From: Escherichia coli
GTDB lineage: Bacteria; Pseudomonadota; Gammaproteobacteria; Enterobacterales; Enterobacteriaceae
Length of the DNA: 64,000 nt
NCBI RefSeq assembly: GCF_044324785.1
Contig: NZ_CP172127.1
Strand: one strand, 5' to 3'
Positions within the stretch are counted from its first letter, which is position 1; the number at the start of each line of letters is the position of its first letter. The position numbers and the translations under genes were made by a program. Of the stretch, positions 35,800 through 44,504 are shown in pieces. The notes beneath the pieces were generated by a model. It worked only from the letters and a program-made list of their open reading frames with translations. It was not told where the DNA came from and searched no databases.

Positions 35800-38148
35800 T
35801 TATTTTCTTTTTTTCGGTTTGCTGTCTATATGCCATTCTGAAAACGGTAGCGGTTTCTGGTATAAGTATCCCTGAACATGAGAGAATCCTAATTTTTGCA
35901 ATTCTCTGGCCTGACTTTCAGTTTCAACACCTTCAGCTATTACCGGCATATTTTCTTCACGAGCAAGGCTGGATATAAAGTACACAATTTTGTTAGTTTC
36001 GTTGAAAATACCAGAGGTAAACTCTGAATCAATTTTAATACTATCAGGTCTTACTTTATAAAGTTTTTTCAGGTCAGCTAATCCACTACCGAAATCATCA
36101 AGAGAAATCTTGATACCGTTTTCTTTTAAAATGTTTATATTATTGTAAAAGCTATCATTTATATCTTTTACTGCTGACTCGGTGATCTCCAGACAGATTT
36201 GTTCAGCATTTACATCAAATGCATTAATTAAAGTAAGAACACGAGTGTGGAAGTCAATTTCATTTAATTGCCATGGAGAAACATTGATATGCAGGAGAAA
36301 ATCGTTAGCAACCTCATATTCACGGCTAAAGGCACCAAATTCGCTAATAGCCGTTTCGAGAATAAAATCACCCAGTTCTTTAATTAATCCTATTTCTTCA
36401 GCAACAGGTACAAAAATTGATGGCGGTATTGCCCCATTTTCGACGGATAACCAGCGGCATAACGCCTCAGCACCGACAACCCTATTATTATCCATATCAA
36501 CAATCGGTTGATATACTAAATAAAGTTCACTACTCAAAATCGCTTTTTTTATATTTCCTGCCACCCAGACCTTTTGATCAAGTTCATGAACTTTGATATC
36601 ATCATAAAACATAAATTCAGATTCTTTATTTTCCCGCATAGCTGTTAATGCCAGTTTCAACTTCCCTTCATAAATCGAAACATTTTCCCCTGAAAAAGTT
36701 TCACAAATGGCAATCTTATGAATATAAATATTTCTTATGCAAAATATATGTTCAGGGAAGTTTAAAACAGATAATCTTTCGATGAACTCTTCGCAGTGCG
36801 TGTGGCACAGCAACAAGTATGTTTCAGTTGAGAATTTTACGATATCACAATATTTTGAATATTTTTGTGAAATCTTCGATTTTATATCATTAACAATTTC
36901 ATAAAATTTCTGACTTCCATATATCGCCTCAACAAACTCTAATCCATAGATGCAAAGCATACCAACTGCCAAATAGGTTTTATTATTAGTTTCAATAACA
37001 GCCTTATTAATATAGAAACAACTTCCTTGTTCATAGGACACAAGATTAAGTAAACGGTCCATACGCTCCTTGTATTTATCACTGATATTATTAATGATTT
37101 TTTTGAGTTCAACAATTTCGCTACTATCATTTTGCACAATATCAATTGTGTCATTGCGATATACTGAGTTAGCTAATTTTTTCAGATGTTCTATTAGTTT
37201 ACTGGATTCTCGTTTAATTTTTTTTGTTATATTTTCAACGATATACCATAATAAACAGAAACAAACCAAGCCACATAAAAACATCAATGTAAAATATTTA
37301 TTGATGTTTGCATCTTCTGCTTTTTGATAGTAAAAGTAATGGAATCTGACATCAGGAAGCCTGGGGAGTGAGATAATATTGTCTGTATAGTTTCCACTAT
37401 TATTACTTATGTTATAACTTCCCGATGACTCACGGACAATAAGATGTAACATTGATTTTTCATTACCTACCATTATCCTTTTATTTTGTTCCATGAATAG
37501 AATATCAGCATCACTACCTAGTTTATTTAAAAAATTACTGAAATATTTTTCATCAAGATCCAGATGCATTAACTTCAGAGCAAATGAATCTTTTTCTTCT
37601 TCGGATGGCCGTAGTGAAAACGAAAAACATTTTTTTCCGGCAATACCATAACAATTATACCATGGTGACCATTTTGAATAAGTCCCTGCCGGTAATTTAT
37701 TCCAGGGGCGTGATTCCGGGTTAAAGTAGTTATCGCTAATATTACCATCGTCCCCAATAAAAGGTTTGCCGGCTTCTGATTTCCCCAGGAATTTTACCTC
37801 ACCATCCTCAGTTCGAATAAAGCTAAGATAGTTTCCATTATTGAGCATTATCCCTACTAAATTAACAGCGTCTATTTTTTTCATGCGATGAAGGACTGCT
37901 CGCTTTATTTCACCTTCATCATTTAACAGATAAATTGCATCTTTTAATGCATCAGCCTCTTTTTCAACTTTAGAAAAAAAATTATTCAAATTGTTATTGA
38001 TGAGTATAAGGTTAATCCGTGAAGAGTTTTCTGCTATTTTTTTATGGAAGTCAATTGCGGTAATAAATGAAAAGACAATATAGACAGTAACAGCTAATAT
38101 AACCGCAGTGTTAAATCTTGAGTTTAATTTTTCGGTAATGCTATACAT
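35800..38148 (-). CDS. Membrane-bound c-di-GMP phosphodiesterase (periplasmic sensor, degenerate GGDEF-like linker, EAL)
   Basis: 782 aa; EAL-domain residues present (GAEALCRW, QICLEITES, ISLDDFGSG, IKIDSEF, AEGVETE, VQGYLYQKP); no GGDEF motif in the middle domain; two TM helices flank a roughly 250-aa periplasmic region. Confidence 0.8.
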   Translation of the reverse strand: MYSITEKLNSRFNTAVILAVTVYIVFSFITAIDFHKKIAENSSRINLILINNNLNNFFSKVEKEADALKDAIYLLNDEGEIKRAVLHRMKKIDAVNLVGIMLNNGNYLSFIRTEDGEVKFLGKSEAGKPFIGDDGNISDNYFNPESRPWNKLPAGTYSKWSPWYNCYGIAGKKCFSFSLRPSEEEKDSFALKLMHLDLDEKYFSNFLNKLGSDADILFMEQNKRIMVGNEKSMLHLIVRESSGSYNISNNSGNYTDNIISLPRLPDVRFHYFYYQKAEDANINKYFTLMFLCGLVCFCLLWYIVENITKKIKRESSKLIEHLKKLANSVYRNDTIDIVQNDSSEIVELKKIINNISDKYKERMDRLLNLVSYEQGSCFYINKAVIETNNKTYLAVGMLCIYGLEFVEAIYGSQKFYEIVNDIKSKISQKYSKYCDIVKFSTETYLLLCHTHCEEFIERLSVLNFPEHIFCIRNIYIHKIAICETFSGENVSIYEGKLKLALTAMRENKESEFMFYDDIKVHELDQKVWVAGNIKKAILSSELYLVYQPIVDMDNNRVVGAEALCRWLSVENGAIPPSIFVPVAEEIGLIKELGDFILETAISEFGAFSREYEVANDFLLHINVSPWQLNEIDFHTRVLTLINAFDVNAEQICLEITESAVKDINDSFYNNINILKENGIKISLDDFGSGLADLKKLYKVRPDSIKIDSEFTSGIFNETNKIVYFISSLAREENMPVIAEGVETESQARELQKLGFSHVQGYLYQKPLPFSEWHIDSKPKKRK

Positions 38149-39247
38149 ACTGGTGTTCTGACTAAAATGTTATCAATAGCTTTAATATAAGATCGTATAA
38201 AGTTCTGTATATTAGCCGATGTTACCCTCCTCTTTATGACTTTCTTAATTTCATTATCCCCATATAACAAATATGTCATGATGAGAAGATTAATTTTTTC
38301 TTAATTTCCACAAGTGATTATCATGCTTCTTATTTTAACCAGAACAATATTGTTATATGTAACACTCATCTTTGTATCTTTCACCCACGCTACCGCCTTT
38401 CGTTAATCATTCAACGAAATAATTTAGATATGAAAAAATTACCCTGTAACAACACAACTAGCACATCCTGCCGAGTTGTGACATCTACTCTATAATTATC
38501 CAAAAGAGGTATTAGTATCTATTGTCAGTAATCCATTCTGTTTATTTATCTTATTTAAGACATGTGTAATACGACTCTCTTAGCCCAAATATATTAATCA
38601 GTAACTTTAAAGTAAGATTTAGTCAGAAAGTGATCGTGAAAATTTCACTGCCCAGGCTGTAATTTGTCCATCAACCTAACAGATAAATATTTTCAGGAAC
38701 ACACGTTCGATAAAACAATAGATGCAACATTAGAGCACTATTTTATTTTTAAAACAAAAGACTGTGAACTACACCAGGCATGAGAAGATTCTGTCGTGAG
38801 ATGATTTTTTCCAGATTAAAACACTATAAAATATAACTTTTACAGAATATTACGCCAGTAAATCAATATGCCATCTGCATATTCAAACAATAACTGCAAT
38901 CATTCTCAGCAAATTTAACCATAATTAGCAACGTGCAAATTCATTGATGCAGATCAAAAATCCGAGTTTACATTACCAATCTTTGTTGAAAATTTAGCCG
39001 TAAAAATCATGTTATTACTATACGCAAGAGTTTACTCCAGAGCCCAAAATAATAACTTGCAAAATAACCAATAATTAAAACTATCACCATATCTAAAAAT
39101 AAAGGTCTCCGATAACTAAAATTCGTATTATCACGGTAGCGTTGATATTCTTCCATCTCTTAAGAAAAACTTAACTTTTACCCTATCAGGCCTGATCTAA
39201 TTTTAAACTATTTGATATCATAGCCCCGGCGAACCGGGGCATGATGA

Positions 39248-40678
39248 CTATTTTGTATTCGCTTTACGTGCAAGCAGCGGGAATATCAGCCCCAGTCCAA
39301 CGAGGACAAATGGCGTAGTTATGTTCAGTGCCAATTGGAATGTCCACTCTGCAGTGAAGGCTTCCATTTTAGGGAAAATTCCTGTCAGGCAGGCAAAAGC
39401 GGTAAAGGCAAAACACCAAATTCCGACGGTCATTGCCAGCGGCTTATTACGAATAAAGACATATTCCGGCTTATATTTCTGCGCCAGGCGAACAACTGCA
39501 ATAAATGCAACAAATACCCATAAATAACGCAGCGGCATCACTACCGAGTTAAGATTCAACAGCCATTTATAGAGATTGTTCATATCACCAATGCCGAGAG
39601 TCGGCAGCATTATCAGGATCGCCACCAGCACCAGGGTCAGAAAATAGCCATTAACGGGCGTACCAGAAGCGTTGGTACGACATAAACTGGCTGGAATATA
39701 TTTGCTGTCAGCATCGCCTAATAACACTTTAAGCGGCGCATCAATCGAGAATACCAGCGCAGCTACTTGTCCCAGGGTATTCGCAATGGCATAAATCACC
39801 ATTAAAGTATTACCCATGTTGTAATACTCGCCCAGCTTCTGAAAGGCGTAATACTGACCGTTAGTCATTAAGTCATCCGGGATATTACGCGAGTCAAACA
39901 TCATCCCCATCGCCAGTGAGCCCAGAATGGCACAAACCGCAACCATCACCGCCAGACATAACATCCCTTTTGGAAATTCTTTTCCTGGGTTGCGCGTTTG
40001 ATTAACGTAAGGAGAAATCTTCTCTGCTCCGCCAACCGCGAAAACCAGCATTGAAATAGTGGTAATGTAGGTAAAGTCGATATGAGGAATGAACGTTTCC
40101 CAGGTAATGTTTGTGGTCGCAATATGCACTTCAGTAATCGCAGGCGCGGTTACCGCCATCGCCACATACAGGAGCGACATAACAAACATCGCAATCCCTG
40201 CCACAGAACCGACGATTTTCAGCGATTTCATACCGCGTGAAGCAACCCACATAAAGAAGATAAACAGCACCAGCGTTAACCCCTGTAACGCTACGACTGA
40301 ATATTCTTTGATTAGCGAACCGTCGCCTTTCATCGCCCAACCGAGCGCAATCAGTATTGCCTGGGGTTTTTGTGCCAGATAGGGAATATGCACTACCCAG
40401 TAGGTCCACGCGGCGAGGTAAGCCAGTCCGGGTCCCATCGTGTGTTTAATCCAGGTACTGACCCCGCCCTTCCCATCTTTGAAGGTCGAGCCTAACTGAC
40501 CAACAATTAGCGCATAAGGTGTGAAATAGAGCGCAAAGATAAACACCCACGAAAAAACAACCACCAGCCCCTGGTTGGCGTAGTTATTAACAACGTTGCC
40601 AAAACCCCAGACAGTGATAAAAGACATCAGCGCAATGTTGTACCATCGCAGCTGTTTTTCCTGAACATTCCCAGCCAT
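39248..40678 (-). CDS. ycaM: APC-family amino-acid/polyamine transporter YcaM
   Basis: ORF 39248..40870; likely start at the internal MAGNVQEKQLRWYNIALMSF...; polytopic membrane protein. Confidence 0.85.
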   Translation of the reverse strand: MAGNVQEKQLRWYNIALMSFITVWGFGNVVNNYANQGLVVVFSWVFIFALYFTPYALIVGQLGSTFKDGKGGVSTWIKHTMGPGLAYLAAWTYWVVHIPYLAQKPQAILIALGWAMKGDGSLIKEYSVVALQGLTLVLFIFFMWVASRGMKSLKIVGSVAGIAMFVMSLLYVAMAVTAPAITEVHIATTNITWETFIPHIDFTYITTISMLVFAVGGAEKISPYVNQTRNPGKEFPKGMLCLAVMVAVCAILGSLAMGMMFDSRNIPDDLMTNGQYYAFQKLGEYYNMGNTLMVIYAIANTLGQVAALVFSIDAPLKVLLGDADSKYIPASLCRTNASGTPVNGYFLTLVLVAILIMLPTLGIGDMNNLYKWLLNLNSVVMPLRYLWVFVAFIAVVRLAQKYKPEYVFIRNKPLAMTVGIWCFAFTAFACLTGIFPKMEAFTAEWTFQLALNITTPFVLVGLGLIFPLLARKANTK

Positions 40679-40887
40679 AGACAAATCCTTCGCCAAAATT
40701 AAAGGGGCATCTGTAAAACGAGGGATTATGCGCGGCAAATAAGAAGTGCGGAAATAGCGAAATGCAAAATTATAACCTGCTGCACATTTTATTTTGAAAC
40801 GAATAAAATTTGGAAAAAAGCAAGTCAGAGAGAAGAAACAGAAAAGCAGAGTGTGAAACAGTAAGTTCACACTCTGCGTTAATTCAT

Positions 40888-42036
40888 TTACACGTGAGCA
40901 ACGGGTTTCGGCGTATGACCGGCGTTGCGAAGCAGCATCAGCAAATAGATAAACGATACGCTGGCGATCATGATAAACAATAAATTATCGGAGAAATTCT
41001 GCATTAGCATGGCAGTAAATGACGGGCCAAGCAGACTTCCCACAGTATAGCTCAACAGTAAGGCCTGGTTCATCGCCACCAGTTGATGATGTTCAACTTT
41101 CTCGCAAGCCCATGCCATCGCCACCGGATATAGCGTAAAGCCAGCGGCACCGAGGATGAATAACGCTGGGGCCATCGCCGCCTGGCTAAGCATCGCGATA
41201 CTGCCGAGAATGACGACAAAGACCTGAACACGCAACACCAGCAGTCGACCAAACTTATCCGCCAGACGTCCGATCGGCCATTGTCCGAGGATACCCGCAC
41301 TGACCAGTACCGCCATCCAGAAACCAATGCTGGCATTGCTCACCCCTTTGTGATTGAGGTACAGCGGCATCAGGCCATATAGAGATCCCAGCACGATTCC
41401 TGAGATAATGCAGCCATTCACGCCAAGCCGCGCCTGACGGAGTTTTAGCATTGACGTAATTGACGTCGAATCATGGTTTTCAGCCTGCTGATTCAGCACA
41501 CGCGTAAACAACAGCGGTAAGATCCCTGCCAACGTCAAACCTGTAACCCACGGCAATACGCTCATCAGCTCGGTTGAGACTTTGCTGACCAGTAACTGGC
41601 CTAAAAACGTTCCCACGTAATAAACCATCATGTATGCGGCAAGCAAACGCCCACGGTTACGTGACGTCCCACTGCACATCAGCGCGCTCTCAACGACTAC
41701 CCAAATCATGGCACAGCCGACGCCCGCGACAAAACGCCACGCCAACCAGCTCCAGAAACCAATCATCAGGCCAAGGCCGACACAGCCAGCGGCAAAAATG
41801 AAGGAGGCCAGATAATAGCTGCGGTTAAAGCCAATGCGCTTAATGACATACCCTGTCAGCAATGTACCGACCAGGTTGCCGGTAAAATAGGATGAGCTGA
41901 CAACGCCTACCTGCCATGTGGACATGTGTTCCTGGGCGAGCCAAAGCGGCACGAGTGTATTTAACACTGCGATCGCCAGAGTCAACAAAAGCAGGCCAGA
42001 CAGCAAAAGCATGACAGGCCGGGTATACGTGGACAT
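40888..42036 (-). CDS. ycaD: MFS transporter YcaD
   Basis: 382 aa, 12-TM-like profile; synteny. Confidence 0.85.
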   Translation of the reverse strand: MSTYTRPVMLLLSGLLLLTLAIAVLNTLVPLWLAQEHMSTWQVGVVSSSYFTGNLVGTLLTGYVIKRIGFNRSYYLASFIFAAGCVGLGLMIGFWSWLAWRFVAGVGCAMIWVVVESALMCSGTSRNRGRLLAAYMMVYYVGTFLGQLLVSKVSTELMSVLPWVTGLTLAGILPLLFTRVLNQQAENHDSTSITSMLKLRQARLGVNGCIISGIVLGSLYGLMPLYLNHKGVSNASIGFWMAVLVSAGILGQWPIGRLADKFGRLLVLRVQVFVVILGSIAMLSQAAMAPALFILGAAGFTLYPVAMAWACEKVEHHQLVAMNQALLLSYTVGSLLGPSFTAMLMQNFSDNLLFIMIASVSFIYLLMLLRNAGHTPKPVAHV

Positions 42037-42350
42037 GAATTAAAACCGTGAGGAAGTTCAAATTTCATGCGCATCATGCCACCGCCAAAAACATTGTCAA
42101 TGGGTGAAAATACGCGCATATCGCAGCGGAGGTATTATCGATTTATATTACTCATTCATAACGCTAATGCTGGAGAGACGATTAATCTCATCTGATTGTT
42201 TTTATTGATCTAACACAAATTTCATACGCTTCGTTCAGTCGAAAAATTTCATGGTCACAGCAAACTCATATTTCCCGTCTATGCTTTCAGAGCAATGCAT
42301 CGCGTCTGACCGATTTCAGACGTACCACTGACTCTCGAAAGGAGAAGAGG

Positions 42351-42977
42351 ATGACCAAACCGTATGTTCGTCTTGATAAAAATGATGCTGCCGTTTTGCT
42401 TGTTGATCACCAGGCTGGTTTACTTTCCCTTGTACGGGATATCGAACCCGATAAGTTTAAAAATAACGTGCTGGCGCTGGGTGACCTGGCTAAGTATTTC
42501 AACTTACCAACTATTCTTACCACCAGTTTTGAAACCGGTCCTAACGGCCCATTAGTTCCAGAACTGAAAGCACAATTCCCCGATGCACCTTACATTGCTC
42601 GCCCGGGCAATATTAACGCCTGGGATAACGAAGATTTTGTAAAAGCAGTCAAAGCGACAGGTAAAAAACAGTTAATTATTGCCGGTGTGGTAACCGAAGT
42701 TTGCGTGGCATTCCCGGCGCTTTCAGCCATTGAAGAAGGGTTTGACGTCTTTGTCGTGACTGACGCGTCAGGGACCTTTAATGAAATTACCCGGCATTCG
42801 GCATGGGATCGCATGTCGCAAGCTGGTGCGCAATTGATGACATGGTTCGGCGTGGCGTGCGAGCTGCATCGCGACTGGCGTAATGATATTGAAGGACTGG
42901 CGACGTTGTTCTCTAACCATATTCCTGATTATCGTAATTTGATGACCAGTTATGACACGTTAACGAAGCAGAAATAA
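42351..42977 (+). CDS. ycaC: Isochorismatase-family hydrolase YcaC
   Basis: 208 aa, MTKPYVRLDKNDAAVLLVDHQAGL...; cysteine-hydrolase fold signature. Confidence 0.9.
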   Translation: MTKPYVRLDKNDAAVLLVDHQAGLLSLVRDIEPDKFKNNVLALGDLAKYFNLPTILTTSFETGPNGPLVPELKAQFPDAPYIARPGNINAWDNEDFVKAVKATGKKQLIIAGVVTEVCVAFPALSAIEEGFDVFVVTDASGTFNEITRHSAWDRMSQAGAQLMTWFGVACELHRDWRNDIEGLATLFSNHIPDYRNLMTSYDTLTKQK

Positions 42978-42982
42978 AAGAG

Positions 42983-43004
42983 AACCGGGGCCGAAACCCC
43001 GGTT
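42983..43004. terminator. Bidirectional terminator between ycaC and dmsC
   Basis: AACCGGGGCCGAAACCCCGGTT perfect hairpin. Confidence 0.75.
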
Positions 43005-43011
43005 GTTATGA

Positions 43012-43875
43012 TTAGCTTGCGACGGCCATCCCCACGGTCATATGCAAACCATAGAATACGCCACGACCGATTAATTCCCCTGCCAGAAGCAGAATGAATG
43101 ATACGGATAGTAGCGGAACCGCAGGCTGATAACCTTTTAGCTGTGGTGCAATCCACAAACACAGGGCAACAGCCAAAAGCACGATCCGCCAGGACATCAG
43201 CGCACCATAGTCCGGCACCAGCGCTGCGGCCTGCTGCACAGAGCTATGAATAGTCGCCAGCTCTGCGCCCTGCATCACTGACACCACGCCACTCACTACC
43301 AGGGCCAGTACAGAAATGGCTGGCAGCAGACGCATCGCCCAGCCATCGACGCCAGCCAGACTCAGCAACAGGTAACCCAGTAACGGGCCGCCCATAAACA
43401 TCGTCAGGAAGAAGCCCATCGGCGTCCAGATGCTGTACCAGGTCGGAACGGTATCAATGCTGTTATACACACGCACCATCATCCAGACAAAGATGACGCC
43501 AAGAACCATCGTCACTATCAGCCACAGCGTACGCAATGCCGGTGACAGCTTTTTCAGCATTGCCAGCAACCAGCCGATGCCACCAACAGCAAAAAAGATC
43601 GAACCGCTGGCGATTTCGTTACTGAGTGCTGAAGCCCCTACCCGGTTGAGCGAGTTAAAGGCGCGCATCGGTGAACCAAGATGAAGCATAGAGGCGATAA
43701 AGCCAATGCCCATCAGCACCCATAAACCAAACATGCAGGCAATAACACGCTGCTGGGCTTCTGCTCGCAGGTCGCCTTTGAGCAGCGCCAAAGCCAGAAC
43801 GATAAAACTACCCGCTACACATTGCCCGAAGACCGTGAAGATCATCAGCGGCCATTCATGCCATCCACTTCCCAT
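43012..43875 (-). CDS. dmsC: DMSO reductase membrane anchor subunit
   Basis: ORF 43012..43938; likely start at MGSGWHEWPLMIFTVFGQ... Confidence 0.9.
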   Translation of the reverse strand: MGSGWHEWPLMIFTVFGQCVAGSFIVLALALLKGDLRAEAQQRVIACMFGLWVLMGIGFIASMLHLGSPMRAFNSLNRVGASALSNEIASGSIFFAVGGIGWLLAMLKKLSPALRTLWLIVTMVLGVIFVWMMVRVYNSIDTVPTWYSIWTPMGFFLTMFMGGPLLGYLLLSLAGVDGWAMRLLPAISVLALVVSGVVSVMQGAELATIHSSVQQAAALVPDYGALMSWRIVLLAVALCLWIAPQLKGYQPAVPLLSVSFILLLAGELIGRGVFYGLHMTVGMAVAS

Positions 43876-43876
43876 C

Positions 43877-44494
43877 TCACACCTCCTTCGGGTTTGCCAG
43901 ATAGCCAGTGGTATCCCCGGTCGGGCGGCTGTTGGCATTGGGTTTGATCACAATATTCGGTTTGGTAAAGTGAGCTCGCGGCAACGGCGCAACGGCCGCC
44001 AGATCGCCATGTTTTTTACGCAGCTCGTCGATAGGGCCGAAATCCAGCGCCCGCAGCGGGCAAGATTCAACACAGATCGGCTTTTTCCCCTCCGCAACAC
44101 GGTCATAACAACCATCGCATTTGGTCATATGGCCTTTCGTTTCGTTATATTGCGGTGCGCCATACGGGCAAGCCATATGGCAGTAGCGGCAGCCAATGCA
44201 CACATCTTCATCGACCACAACAAAACCATCTTCACGTTTATGCATCGCACCGCTCGGGCAGACTTTAGTACAAGCCGGATCTTCGCAGTGGTTACATGAA
44301 ATCGACAGATAGTAGGCAAACACGTTCTGATGCCAGACACCGTTATCTTCCTGCCAGTCACCGCCAGCATATTCATAAATGCGGCGGAAGCTGACTTCCG
44401 GCGTCAGATCTTTATAGTCTTTACAGGCCAGCTCGCAGGTTTTGCAACCGGTGCAACGGCTGGAATCAATAAAAAATCCATACTGGGTTGTCAT
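43877..44494 (-). CDS. dmsB: DMSO reductase iron-sulfur subunit
   Basis: 205 aa; multiple CxxCxxCxxxCP ferredoxin motifs. Confidence 0.95.
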   Translation of the reverse strand: MTTQYGFFIDSSRCTGCKTCELACKDYKDLTPEVSFRRIYEYAGGDWQEDNGVWHQNVFAYYLSISCNHCEDPACTKVCPSGAMHKREDGFVVVDEDVCIGCRYCHMACPYGAPQYNETKGHMTKCDGCYDRVAEGKKPICVESCPLRALDFGPIDELRKKHGDLAAVAPLPRAHFTKPNIVIKPNANSRPTGDTTGYLANPKEV

Positions 44495-44504
44495 CGGTTA
44501 CTCC

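Noticed and set aside
39248-40870. Upstream 64-codon extension of ycaM in the track ORF
   Set aside because: The extension runs into the AT-rich intergenic region and has odd composition; the internal MAGNVQEK start gives a protein of the expected length.
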